Shown here: piece by piece, positions 23,090 to 35,627 of the stretch | Layout of the letters: every line of letters starts with the position of its first letter | How positions within the stretch are numbered: the first letter of the stretch is position 1 | Assembly: GCF_004010195.1 (NCBI RefSeq) | Contig: NC_057718.1 | Location: forward strand, 90,231,274-90,282,116 | DNA from: Chiloscyllium plagiosum | Lineage: Eukaryota | DNA length: 50,843 bases | Direction of reading: 5' to 3' | Program-made: the position numbers and the translations under genes | The notes under the pieces: generated by a model | The model's input: only the letters and a program-made list of their open reading frames with translations | Told to the model about the DNA's origin: nothing | Database searches by the model: none

Positions 23090-23760
23090 TATAACGCTAT
23101 AGGATGGAAAGGGGAATGGTTAAATTCTCTCTTATTGGAGATGGACATTGACTGGCACTTGTATGACTTGGCTCTTATCAACACAAGCCTGGTTATTGTT
23201 CAGGCCTTGCAATATATGGACATGGGCAGCTTCAGTATTTGAAAAACATCCCCACCTTTGATCTCATGGTAGAGGGAAAATCATTGATGAAACAGTTGAA
23301 GATGGATGGGACGCAATCCTGACGAACTCCTGCAGCAATGTCCCTGAGACAGCAATGAGTGACCCCCAACAACTATAACCATCTTCCTTTCTACTAGCTA
23401 TGACTCCAACCAGCAGAGAGTTTTTCTCCTTGATTCCCATGGACTCTGGTGGTCTTAATGCTCGTTGAAGCCTTATTCAGTTAATTACTGCCTTGGTATC
23501 ACCCCAAGTCTTGCACCTGGCTTTTGTCCATGTTTGGACCAAAGTTATAATGAAGTCAGGAGCTGGGTGGTGCTAGTGAAACCCATAACTGAGCATCAGT
23601 GAGCAGGAAATTTATTTGCACTTATTAGAACTAATAAGGACCCTTCCCATCAGTTGCTGAATATCGAGAGGAGGCTAATGGGATGGTAACTGAATTTATT
23701 CTGCTTTGTGTTTGTGGGACACACATATGTAATTTTCCTCTTTGTTGGGTAGATGCCAAT
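23090..23760 (-). mobile_element. Old CR1/L2-clade LINE RT fragment
   Basis: Minus strand resembles GVxQxxVPSIFNCFINDFPSTMRSKVGMF (RT motif region), heavily decayed. Confidence 0.65.
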
Positions 23761-23763
23761 TTT

Positions 23764-24112
23764 GACCCTCTGCTTTTTCCAAAATTGCTTACAATAGTTT
23801 TATTTTTAAAAAATTGCATGCAATGGTAGACCCTTGAGGTTTGTTGAAACTTTACTGCTGGAACAGCACAGCAGTGCAGACGCTGGAGATCAAAGCTGCA
23901 ATAAAGTTTCAGCTTTGATCTCCAGCGTCTGCAGACCTCACTTTCTCCTTGAGGTTTGTTCCCTAAGTTCTTAATTTTTCATAAGTATTGTTCTAGACCC
24001 TCTGCTTTTTCCAAAATTGCTTACAATAGTTTTATTTTTAAAAAATTGCATGCAATGGTAGACCCTTGAGGTTTGTTCCCTAAGTTCTTAATTTTTCATA
24101 AGTATTGTTCTA
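23764..24112 (+). repeat. Tandem duplication of a 117-bp unit; first copy carries an insertion
   Basis: Unit 1 is 23764-23995 (232 bp), unit 2 is 23996-24112 (117 bp); identical apart from the insertion. Confidence 0.92.
23846..23946 (+). mobile_element. 101-bp rearranged Penelope 3' tail insertion (no hammerhead)
   Basis: TSD ccttgaggtttgtt at 23832-23845 and 23947-23960; tail ctccagcgtctgcagacctcactttct. Confidence 0.88.
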
Positions 24113-25129
24113 TTGTTTCATGGAGGGTTTTGGCCACATCAGTCTACTGACACTTTTGTTCCTTTCTCAATGAAACCGGATGAAATAGATAACCTGAGGT
24201 AGCCAATCTCAGCTGGATTCAGAACCATGGCCAGCAGCTACTGAGACGGTACCATTCCTGGCAGAGTGTAAGCACTGGCATGGATTTCAGCTCCCCTAAA
24301 AGCATTACTCACACGTAAGTCAACTCTCTATATTCGTCCCTAAAACTTTGGTCTCAAAACTCGACTTGATGTGAGCACACAGAGTAACTCCACTTTATGT
24401 GGAATCTACAACACAGGAGGACAACCCTTCTGCCCTAATGATCTACTCTGGTCCCAGTGCTCTACCCAAGCTTTCTGCCACCTTCCAGCATCTCATTAAC
24501 CTGCTTAGATCCATTATCCTTCCTCTGATGGCAACATCAATGAATTTCTAAGCTCTCCTGGGAAAGGGATCGGTTCCCTGACCATTACATACCCGTCTTG
24601 TAGGGATATTGTAGAGAGCTCCTGAATCTGCCTAAGAGGACCCAATGTTATATAAAAAAAGAGTGCATCCATTGGTTTCAGAGGCACAGAGGTGCAAGCA
24701 GTTGGCTATGGATGCAGGTTCTTGTATGGAAGATGGCACAGCTTCCATTTTGCCTCTTAGGTGTAAGAAATCCAACATGTGGATCCTCCCTGTGGGGGGC
24801 GCACTTCTCAAATGTGCCTCATGTTCATTTTCTTCTCTGTCCACCTAAATAGCAATGGCATTTGCATGCACCCATTGGGAGAGCCTCACTGTGAGGGTGG
24901 GGAATGTTAACACGCCCCAGGGGTCACACCTGCCAATAGGCAGATGGAACTAAACTGTCTCTATCATAATCAAAGCAAATGTCAACAGAGTGTCCTTTTG
25001 AGTTGGGAGAGTCACTTGTTCAAGCCTTTTGGCAGTTTTCAAACCATCAAGCTCTCCAGTGCAGCTGGCATTTCTGATTCCCACCAGCTTTCCTGGTGCA
25101 TATACAGTATTGGCTGGGATAAAGTGATG

Positions 25130-25402
25130 GTGTAGGGGCCATATCATGGTACTAGAGTTACAGTAGTACAACCTAACAAGCTGGGGTATGGGTTCAAATC
25201 CTACTGCACCCACATGTGAAACGTATCATTAATAAATCTGGGATTTGGAACCTGACTCTTTAATAGTGACCATCATTGCTATACGATTATTTTACAATTG
25301 CTGAAGAGACCTTTCTGGCTCACCTTTGGGAAAGAAATCTGCTTTCCTTACTCAGTCCTGCCCACATGTGATTTCAAATCCACAGCAATATGGGTGACTC
25401 TT
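25130..25402 (+). mobile_element. SINE family B, 5' part (continues at 31705-31795 after the L1)
   Basis: ggttcaaatcc B-box, gggaaagaaatctg...ccacagcaatatgggtgactc. Confidence 0.75.
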
Positions 25403-28400
25403 TTTTATGCATATATTTATTGAAAACATTTTTCACTCTTTTACAAAAAGACAAACCAAAAAAGTTATAAAAGTACAAAAGTACAGAAAAGGAGAAATAA
25501 TATCATACTATTATATTATATTCCAGTAATGTTGACAATATACTGCCTACAGTTCTCCAAGATACAGTCATCTCATATTTACTTAACCCAAATTAGCATA
25601 GGCTCAAACTAAATAAAATAACATTTAACTAAATTACAATTCACTAAAATTAAATTACACTACAATGTGCTATATTACATTACTCCACTCACTGCACCCC
25701 CATCAAGGCTCCCATCAATGGGAGCAACAGTTATTACACCCATATTTACTGGGCCTCCCTTGGGTCTATATACGGCCTCATGGCTATATAAGGGCCCTAA
25801 TCAGTACCGCCAACAGATCCATGTCTATGTAATTTAGAAAGGGCTGCCATGTCTTATAAAGTTGCTCCATTCCATGGTGCACCATACTTGTCAGGTAACC
25901 CTGAGGGATGTGCTCCATCACAAGTCTATGCCACCCTGCACGACCTGGAGGCTTTTCTGAAATCCAATGCATTAGGATGTTCTTCCTCGGACAGTGTGTA
26001 AGAATGTTGAATAACCTCTTCCCGTGCTCACCCAAAGACGGAAGATTCGGTAGTCCCGAAAAGAGGGACACCGGATCCTCCCTAACTTCCACCCCCAAGA
26101 TCCTCTCCCGCTCATTCACTATGGCCCCCCCCCCCCCCCCCCAGTATCCACGATCTTGTAACAGGACCAAAAGCAATGTGTAAGGGTTTCAATAGTGTTT
26201 TTACATTTGGGACATTTCGGAGAAGATCCTCTCTTAAACTTTGCTAACTTCTCTGGCGCCATATGGGCCCTGTGGAGGATCTTCAATTGCATCACTTGTG
26301 CCTTATTGCATATTGAAATTTTCTTTACATTCCCCCATATATCCTCTCATGTTTCCGATGAGATATCTTTCCCTAACTCCTGACTCCAAATCTCACAGAG
26401 TCTCTCCATATCCCCCAGTGCATTCCCTCTCTGCAGATGATATATGGTACTTACTGAGAGAGCGTCCCTATATGGGAGCACTCTTCATTCTATATCCGAC
26501 TTGCAGAGCTGAGCCATGAGCTTGATTTTCTCCTGTATGTAATCCCTAACCTGGAAATGTTGGAAAAGGTCTCTATTAGGGATTCTGTATTTCTGACATA
26601 ATTGGCTGAAAGACATCAAGATCTCTCCCTCAAATAAATCTCCAGACAGGAGATTCCTTTACCCTCCCATGCTCTGAAGATGGAGTCCACTGACCTCGCT
26701 TTAAATCCTGGGGTTCCCACCAGCGGGGTGAATGGCGAAGTCTTAAACAAATTGCCCTCACCCTGCTGCGTTATTCTCCATGCTTTCACCGTATTTTTGA
26801 TAATCGGATTCTCACAGTGCTCAACTACAGATCTCATCTTATCCATGAACAATAAGTTTATGAGGGGACATTTTGCCTACGAGGCCTCTACATGAAGCCA
26901 TATCGACTTCCAGTCATTGTGCACCCATTCGCCTACATATGACAACAGTGCGCCTATTTGGTATCTCTTCAGATCTGGGAAGTCCACTCCCCACCATATC
27001 CTGTGGAAGCTGCAGCTTGGTAAATTTAATTAAGGGGCGCCTATGGCACCAAATAAATGATCCAAGCCATCCCACAAACTTCCGCAGCACCTGTTTGGGT
27101 AATAACAACGGGAGCATCCTTGTAGGATATAACAACCGAGGAAGAGCATTCATCTTAGTCAACGCTACATGGCCTAATGATGATATGGGTAGTCTCTCCC
27201 ATCGCTGCAGGTCCTGCTTTATTCTCTCAAACAGCTGCACAAAGTTTGCTCTGTACAGCTGCCGGAAGTAAGGGGTTATAAAAGTTCCCAGATGGAGAAA
27301 ACCTTTCTGTGACCACCTAAAAGGAAATTCCATTCTGTCCTCCAGCTTCGGTACGCCCACCAACTCCCCCACAGGTTTGACTTCCGATTTTGAGAAATTT
27401 ATCCAGTATCCTGAAAAGCTGCCAAGTAATTTAATATTTTGTATTAGTCGGGGTATGGACTTTTAGGGATTCGCCAAAAACAGAAGGATATCGTCTGCAC
27501 AGAGAGTGATTTTGTGCTCCCCAACTCCCACCTTCGGTGTCATTATTCCCGTGTCCATTCGGATGGTCTCCACCCATAGTTCAAGTACCAAGGTAAACAG
27601 TAGCTGCGACAGGGGACATCCCTGTCAGCTGCCCCTCCCCACACCAAAATTACTCGATTTAACCCCATTTGTAATAACTGCTACCTTGGGGTCTTTATAT
27701 AACACTGCCACCCACCTGGCGAAGGCCCCTCCCAGACCAAAGCGATCAAGAACAGCAAAAAGATATGACCATTCCACCCGATCAAAAGCCTTTTCTGCAT
27801 CCAGGAAGACCACCAAACCCAGAATCAGTCTCTGCTGACATACTTGCATTGTATTTAATACCCCCCTGATGTTGTTGGAGGAGCTGTGGCTCTTGATAAA
27901 ATTCGTCTGGTCCACTTTTGTAATAACCGGCAGCACCTTCTCCAACCTCAGAGCCAACACCTTTGATAGGATTTTAAAATCCACATTCAACAACGGGATG
28001 GGTCTATATGATGCGCAATCCTTGGGGTCTTTCCCTTTCTTTAAAATAAGGGAGAAATTAACTTCCCCAAGAGAGGCCGGAAGACAGTCCTGGCTGTCTT
28101 CATACGAATGTCTATCCATCTCCAGCAGTGGTTCAGCTAACATGTGCAAGAACTCCTTGTAAAATTCACTCGGGAATCCGTCTAGACTGGGTGCCTTACC
28201 ACCTTGAACTGCCTTACCCCCACCTGCACCTCCTGTACTGTCAGAGGTGCCATTAAAAGGGAGGCCTGATCTGCGTTTGTACCGGGGAGGTCCAAGTTTT
28301 CAAAACAGCATTCCATTCTCGCATCTCCATCCCCATAGCCCTCCGACTGGCATAACTCTGCATAGAACTCCTGGAATCTGGCATTGATTTTCCTCAGCTC

Positions 28401-28674
28401 ACAAGTGACATTGCCAGTTCTCTCCCGGACAGACACAATGGACTGCGGAGCACTTTTCTTCCTAGCCAGGTAGATACCTGGCTTATCCCCATATTGCTTT
28501 GCAAAGGAGACCCCTTTCTTTGCCACTTGTGTGAGCACTGAGTCCAGAGCAGCCCAGACAGCCATGACCCGTTGCATTTTGACTGTGGATAGTCTGGTGT
28601 AATATGCCAATTCGGCTACCTTCAGCTGGGCCTCAAGCATCCGCTGCTGCTCTCCTCTCTGCCTCCTTCTTGTT

Positions 28675-28982
28675 TAGATTAGATTACTTACAGCGTAGAA
28701 ACAGGCCCTTCGGCCCGACAAGTCCACACCGACCCTCTGAAGAGTAACCCACCCAGATCCATTCCCCTACATTTACCCCTTCACCTAACACTATGGGCAA
28801 TTTGACGTGGCCAATTCACCTGACCTACACATCTTTGGACTGTGGGAGGAAACCGGAGCACCTGGAGGAAACCCACGCAGACACGGGGAGAATGTGCAAA
28901 CTCCACACAGACAGTTGCCCGAGGCAGGAATTGAACCCGGCTCTCTGGCGCTGTGAGGCGGCAGTGCTAACCACTGTGCCAT
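28675..28982 (-). mobile_element. HE1 SINE nested in L1 ORF2
   Basis: Full head, V-domain and tail; TSD ttcttgtt at 28667-28674 and 28983-28990. Confidence 0.92.
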
Positions 28983-29400
28983 TTCTTGTTGTTGAGTATG
29001 AAATAACCATACCCCTTAAGAATGTTTCAGTGGTCTCCCAGAGCACTGATGGATTACTGGTTGTACCCCGATTGATGTTCCAAAAAGCCCTGAACTCCTT
29101 TGTGATATACTGTACACAGTTGTCATCCTTCAACAGAAACAGATCTATTTGCCAGTGCCATGTGCCTACTCCACTAACTTTAGTATTAACATCTAAATAT
29201 ACTGCCACATAGTCCGAGATAGTTATGCTCCCAATCCTGCAGATTGGGAGCATAACTAGACCGATGGAACAAAGGACATATCAAATCTTATGTGGCACTT
29301 GTGCGGGTTGTAGTAAAAGGTAAAGTCCCTCCCTTTTGGGTGGAGGCACCTCCACACATCCACTAGCTCCAACTCCTCACACAAGTCCACTAACTGTCTG

Positions 29401-29534
29401 AAAAAAGCAAATTACTGCAGATACTGGAATCTGAAACCAAAAGAGAAAATGCTGGAAAATCTCAGCAGGTCTGGCAGCATCTGTGAGGAGAGAAAAGAGC
29501 TGACGTTTCGAGTCTAACTGACCCTTTGTCAAAG
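29401..29534 (-). mobile_element. Penelope-like 3' mini-insertion (separate family) nested in L1 ORF2
   Basis: Minus strand gatgctgccagacctgctgag...ttccagtatctgcagtaatttgctttt tail; TSD ctgtctg at 29394-29400 and 29535-29541. Confidence 0.85.
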
Positions 29535-29536
29535 CT
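29498..29536 (-). ncRNA. Minimal hammerhead ribozyme with U3-A8 variant core
   Basis: Minus strand agct-TTGACAA-a-GGGTC-agtta-GACTC-GAAACGTC-agct: 4-bp stem I, 5-bp stem II, ACGU stem III. Confidence 0.72.
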
Positions 29537-30675
29537 GTCTGGACTGCCAAGGTGTCTTGGCTTCGTGTCTACCCCAGGGTCCATGAGACAGTTAGAGTCT
29601 CCTCCTATAATCATATGGTGCAACCCAAGAGCCACTAATTCCGAGATCGCACCAACTATACATTTGAGAGGGTGTGCCGGGGGACAGCAAACGTTCAGGA
29701 TGCCATACTCTTGTCCATGTATCAGCACCTCGAGAATGACGAACTGTCCAAACTCATCCTTGATTTGGTCTGTCATTCTTTCGTACCAGTATGGTCACTC
29801 CTCTGCTTTTGGAGATAAAGGAGGAAAAGAACACCCTATCGTATCCCCTGCTGTAACTTCAGATATTCCCGATCAGACAAGTGTGTCTCTTGCAACCGTG
29901 CGATATCAACCCTTTCCATCCTAAGATTTGAGAGCACCCTTTTCCTTTTAATGGGAGAATCACTCCCCTTTATATTCCAGGTGCACCACCTGAACAGATC
30001 GCGAGCTATGACAGCACACTACAGCCCGCAGTCCCCTGAGAGAAAGAAGCCCATTCAATGTGTGACGAGTGGAGGAAAAACAGACTTTATCAAATCTAAA
30101 GACTATTCCTACAAACACTACCAAAACTACTAAAACTGAAAAACTAACCTCTACTCCTAACATAAACACAAAAAAACTCAAATTCCCAGAGATCTCCCCC
30201 CTTGCCCACAGGGAGCGTTCACTCCCAACCCCACAACCATCCTAGCACCTTCCAGTTCAGGCCGCATCCCAAACCCAAGCAATTTACACCCCTACAAGTT
30301 AACAATGGACGCCCACCCCTTCCCCTCCGCATCTTAACCCCACACATCTTTACACCAAAGGAATAACCACACTTCACCCATCAAAACAGAAGCTGTGGAA
30401 GAGTGGACCGCGGCGACAGAGAGCTCTGAGGGGCAGGTCCGAACCTTGGAAGGCTGGGTTCAGGCCCAGCAGAAACAAGTAGACAACCTCGAAAACCGAA
30501 AATAATAACCACTAAACAGATATAATATAAAACGTACCAGATTTTATACCAAACATTACCAAGCCTATAAGGCCCAAGACCTCAAAACAGAAAAGAGAGC
30601 GAAGGTAAAAAAAATATTATATTATGCCATTGTCCGCATGCATCTTTTCCTCCTTCCCTCCGTGGCCAAGGTCTA

Positions 30676-31522
30676 TCATTTCAGCGAATTCAAAAATTCT
30701 TTTACTTTTTCCACCAAGTCAAAGTTGTAGACAGATCCCCCATAATTGAAATGTAGCACTGCCGGGTACCTCAGAGAGTACTGAATGTTTAAATCTCTTA
30801 ATTTTTTCTTTACCTCTTCAAAGGTCATCCTTTTCTTAATTACGACCTCAGAAAAGTCATGAAAAAACATTATCTTCGAACCTTTATAAGCTAAAGCCTG
30901 TGGATCTCCCCCCAGTCTTCTGGCTGTTTCTATTATTAAATGCTTTTCCTTGTAACGCTGGAGTCGCTCTAGGACCAGGCAGGGATGCTGGGCTGGCTTG
31001 GATCTGTGCATCGCAATCCAGTGGGCCCGCTCCACACTCACCCGGCCCGATTCAATCTCCTGTCCCAGCAAGCCCAGAAGCCACCACTCGAGAAAATCAT
31101 AAAGGTTTTCACCTTCTTCATGCTCCAGTAAGCCCAAGATCCATTGACTATTTTTCCGACCTCTGTTTTCAAGGTCGTCTACTTGTTCCTGCAGGGCCTG
31201 AACTTGGCCTTCCAAGGTACGGGCTCCCCCCTCGGAACTCTCCGTCGTGGCCTCTGAGGCTGTGGCGCACTGTTCCACTGCTTCTACGCGCTGATCCGAA
31301 GGCCCGGATCTCCAGCTCATGCCTTGTCAGCATGGCAGTAATTGGTTCCAGTGCTCCCTTGATTTTTTCATGGAGGTTTGCGAACTCCGTTAGTAAATGC
31401 TGTTATTTCACTGAACTGAAGGGGGCCACCACAGGAGTTGAGGTAATGGCTGCAGTTGTGCCCGACATAGTTGGGGAGTGCCCTCCCTGCTGAACTCCCC
31501 TTTGCTCCCTGGATGTCTTCAT
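30676..31522 (-). pseudogene. L1 ORF1 (coiled coil and RRM/CTD type), frameshifted
   Basis: DDLENRGRKNSQWILGLLE, VERAH, YKGSKIMFFHDFS, YSLRYPAVL. Confidence 0.88.
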
Positions 31523-31704
31523 TTCAGCTCCAGATCTGTCAAATCTTAAACTAGAAATGCTCTAGGTATTCTACCTGTTTTACATTACAAACTTTCCTCA
31601 GGGTTGGCTCATGGTTGGGGGGGGGGGGGGGGGTAGGTTCCCACCTTTCCTGGGGTATGGCACACAGCCCAACACAGCAGACTGCTGCCATCTTGAATCT
31701 CCAA

Positions 31705-31795
31705 ATGGGTGACTCTTAACTGCTCTCAGGGCAATGAGGAACAGGCCATAATCGGTGGCCTTTCCAGCGATAACCACATTCCATGAAAGAATAAA
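31705..31795 (+). mobile_element. SINE family B, 3' part
   Basis: gactcttaactg...ccacattccatgaaagaataaa. Confidence 0.75.
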
Positions 31796-32564
31796 GATTA
31801 TTAAAGAATACAGGGCATCAAAGCAATGGACTTCATTTGAATCCATTTTCGTCAGAGGATGCTGAGCAGTCAGATTGGGCTAACATGGGAACTGGGGGAG
31901 GTCACTCTCCCACTCCAGAGTCTTCTGCCAATCAATTAGATTATCGTCCATCTGTACCTTAATTCAATCTAGCCAGCTCGGTTCTGTGAATCTCAAAAAC
32001 CATGCTCAATAACATTTGGAATATGCAATCATGCCAGAAAATTCAGGAGAGGGCTTGAGTTTGATTTTGAGAAAGGAACAGATTTCGCCTCAATTTTTTG
32101 GATGAGAAATGCCTTAGCTCGAACACTGAAGAACGGCCAAGAATATTTTGGCCATTTTGTGGTTTTCGATGAACTCAGCATCTAGTATGGACAGCCAAGT
32201 GGCAGGCATGACTGAAACCTCACTCAAGTAGCTCAGGAAATTCAAAATAGCTTCTCAGGATGAAAAGGAATGTAAACATTGATCCCTTCTACCAGATGCT
32301 GTTTCTTTCATTCAGCACATAATTAAGGTTAAAGGTTATTTGCTCTTGGCTCACATTACTAAAGGTACAAACAGAGGATGCACTAAAGCCCACTGACCAA
32401 CTCACCATGCCAGCTCTTACCTACCTTTCAGGATAAGGAGGAAGGGCTGAAAGTGGCGGAAAACTGAAATAAAAGCACAACATGCTGGCAATGCAATGCA
32501 GTTCATTGAATCATACTTCATGAATGAGAGGTCCACCATTCAAAACAGAGACGCTGAAGTGACC

Positions 32565-33380
32565 AGGGAGGCATTGGCCTAGCGGCATTAATGCTGGGCT
32601 GCTAACCTAGAGACCCAGGTAATGTTCAGGAAGTGTGGCTTCAAATTTCACCGTAGCAGAGAGTGGAATTTGAATTCAATAAATATCTAGACTTAAGAGA
32701 CTGGCGATGATCATGAATTGATGGTTGGAAAAACTCAGTGTGTTCATTAATGCCTTTTAGGGAAGGAAACTATTATCCTTACCTGGTTTGGCTAACATGT
32801 GACTCCAGACCCACAGCAATGTGGGTGACTCCAACACCTGTTGTGAAACTTGAAAGGGTTCAGAAAAGATAAACAAGGATGTTGCCAGGGTTGGAGGATT
32901 AGACAGAGATTTACTAGGCTAGGTCGGTTTTCCCTGGAGCGTTGGAGGCTGAGGGGATGACTTCATAGAGGTTTATAATATCATAAGGGGCATGGATAGG
33001 ATAAGTAGACAAAGTCTCTTCTCTGGGGTGTGGAAGTCCAGAACTAGAGGGCGTAGGTTTAGGGTGAGAGGAGAAAGATATAAAAGTGACCTGAGGGGCA
33101 ACTTTTTCACGCAGAGGTTGGTATGTGTATGGAATGGGCTGCCAGAGGAAGTGATGGAGGCTGGTACAATTGCAACATTTAAAAGGCATAGGAAGGGTTT
33201 GGAGGAATATGGGCCAGGTGCTGGCAGGTGAGACTAGATTGGGTTGGGATATCTGGTTGGCATTGACTGTTGGACTGAAGGGTCTGTTTTCATGCTGTAC
33301 ATCTCTATGACTCTTAACTGCCGGATGGGAAATAAATGTTGGCCCAGCCAACGATGCCCTCATCCTGTGAATGAATAAAA
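32565..33380 (+). mobile_element. SINE family B interrupted by a CR1 3' fragment
   Basis: Head and core to 32831; tail ttaactg...catcctgtgaatgaataaaa from 33314. Confidence 0.8.
32832..33313 (+). mobile_element. CR1 3' fragment
   Basis: MDRISRQSLFSGVWKSRTRGRRFRVRGERYKSDLRGNFFTQR; ctctatgactc end. Confidence 0.9.
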
Positions 33381-33384
33381 ACAA

Positions 33385-33630
33385 GATTTTTTTTCTGTCA
33401 GAGGGTTATGAATCTTTAACCATGCAGGACTGTAGAGGCTGGATCATTAAGAAATATTAAAGGCTGAAATCGATAGAATTTTGATCAATAAATGAATCAT
33501 GGAATATGAGTAAAAGGCAGAAAGTGGGAGTTGAGGATTATCAATCAGGTCAAGCGTGATCTCACTGAACAGCAGAGAAGGTTCAATGGGCTGAATGGCC
33601 TACCTCAGCTCTGACATCTTAAGGTGTTAT
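33385..33630 (+). mobile_element. CR1 3' UTR fragment (different subfamily)
   Basis: cagagggttatgaatctt...aatgggctgaatggcctacctcagctc. Confidence 0.7.
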
Positions 33631-34059
33631 GAAGGAAGTCATCATATCCTTGCCAGTTGTTTTGAAGATTATTCCCATATTCCGGTCTTTTTCCACAGCC
33701 TGGAAAATATTGCATTGTTCAACGAGTTGTTGTTGTGATGGAATCCGCTCGGGCTTTCAAGCAGCAGAGTCCAGGTCTGAGCAATCCTGTTCTTTCAGTA
33801 TCCGCTGAGGGTAATAGGAGGCTGGTGCAATAGATCCATCTGCACAATGTCTGAATGCACATCTCTTACCAAAAACCTTGCAAGGCTGACAAAGTATCTG
33901 CACCCCAAGTGCGAGCTCTTCTCTAAGATCAATGGACCTACTCTGGATCTCCAACGTTTTCTCTTCTGACCCAATCGCTTTTGAGATATTTAGTGTCAAC
34001 GTCTAATAGTTATGTCATTCACCGATGTGAAGAAAATCGTACGAAATATTTCAATGGTT

Positions 34060-34696
34060 CGTTACGGACCAGGCCAGACCCCTCAAAACATTTCAAGAAG
34101 GTAGCCCAGACCCTGACTTTGCAAGTTATTTTAAGCAGGTGTAAAGTGGATATTCAAGGAGAGATGCAGCTGGTCAAACCGCTTAGTTTTAACCAAAACA
34201 GAATTTATTTCCAAGATTACTGAATGAAACACAAACAGAAAACTTAATACTGAATAATTTAACTTTTCCGAAAACCCAACAGCTTATCGTAACTTAATGA
34301 TGCTGTTCCAAATGCTTGCAATAATCCCCACAAACACCCCTTGGCACCAAAAGATAAAATTAAAGACAAGGTCTTACAGGAGAGATGTCAACGAGAGAGA
34401 GTATCAACCTGGACCTGATTCTTGAGTCCAGCAGCTTTTTCCACACTACTGCTAAAATCCAAACCAAGCCAGAGAAAAGCCGAGGTGAAAGAATTGCTCG
34501 CTCCCTTTTCATTGTATAAGTGTTTTCCATTTAAACCTTGAAAGCCTTCTGTCTAAGACAGTATCTGTTAGTTATAATCAAATTGGCCCTAAAACTCTTT
34601 GACTCCAGACTTTTCAGTGTCTGTGTCATTTACAAACTCTCTGAGAAAAAAAAAACGAAGGGCATCATAACCTGTTAAAGGAAAAGCTACGTCACA
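34060..34696 (-). mobile_element. Solo LTR
   Basis: (c)gttacggaccaggccagac ... gctacgtcaca; reverse-complement homologue of 19954-20790; flanks ggtt/gatt. Confidence 0.8.
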
Positions 34697-35029
34697 GATT
34701 TGAACTTATTTTCTGGTTAAAATTAAACTATAACCCACACAGCTAGCTTGCAGGAAAATATGAATTTCATTTATATCCATAACCCAATGTTTAAAAAATG
34801 TTTAAAGCACATGCATTTTTTAAGAAAGCAAGTGAACACTATAAGTCACAGCTGTAAAAGTCCACCCGTCATGTGAGATGACTCAATTTTTCTGGTCCCA
34901 AGAACTAGTTTTTTTTTGCTTAAATGTGGTGTAAAAGTTATGTCCCTGCTTCCTGCATACTTTCCGGGCACAATATAATGTATCCGCATTTGTAGCTCAA
35001 TTATCCACCTCACAAATGGATGGGGGGGA

Positions 35030-35627
35030 GGCTGCAGATGGACCTGGACAGGCTCAGAGAGTGGGCAAAGAATTGGTCAATGGAATATTATGTGGGAAAG
35101 TGTGAGATTATGCACTTTGGTAGGAAGAATAGAGGCATGAACTATTTTCTAAGTGGGGAAAAGGCTTCAGAAATCTGAAGCACAAGGGCACTTACGAGTC
35201 CAGGCTCAGCGTCCTCTGAAGGTTAGCTTGTAGGTTCAGTTGGCAATTAGGATGGCAAATGCAATGTTAGCATTCATTTCAAGAGGGCTAGAATACTAGA
35301 GCAGAGATGTACTGCTAAGCTCAGGTCGGTTTGTATTCAGAGTATTGTAAGCAGTTTACATCCTGTGTCTAAGGAAACATGTGCTGGCCTTGGAGGTGAC
35401 CCAGAGGAAGTTTACAAGAATAATCCTGGGATGAAGGGCTTGTCATATGAGGAGTGCTTGAGGATTGAGACAGAGACAGATGAATTATTTTATGAGTAAA
35501 GGCGTCAAGGATTATAGGAGGAAGACAGGAGAATGGGATTGAGAAACATATTAGCTGTGATCGAATGGTGGAGCTGATTCAGTGGGTCAAATGGCCTAAT
35601 TCTGTTTCTGTACTTTATGGTCTTATG
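35030..35627 (+). mobile_element. CR1 3' fragment with internal deletions
   Basis: GKCEIMHFGRKNRG, ANAMLAFISRGLE, tttatggtcttatg tail. Confidence 0.85.

Larger units (their letters stand above)
25784..30009 (-). pseudogene. L1 ORF2 (APE endonuclease and reverse transcriptase), frameshifted
   Basis: WCTWNIKG, IIGGDSNC, ISDY, SYRPIPLLNVDFKILSKVLA, LDAEKAFDRVEW, ALPRLLY. Confidence 0.92.
25403..31704 (-). mobile_element. Near-full-length L1 LINE, disrupted
   Basis: ORF1 and APE-RT ORF2 remnants, A-tail near 25401, TSD atgggtgactctt at 25390-25402 and 31705-31717. Confidence 0.95.

Noticed and set aside
30900..31493. 197-aa plus-strand ORF
   Set aside because: Antisense shadow of L1 ORF1
32440..32560. 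Additional decayed PLE tail
   Set aside because: Faint similarity only; no TSD or core could be supported
33640..34050. Coding-looking unique sequence (also 4850-5300, 22190-22270, 36510-36580, 37330-37600, 47410-47535)
   Set aside because: Plausible splice-like sites and short open frames, but no recognisable protein and no consistent exon chain
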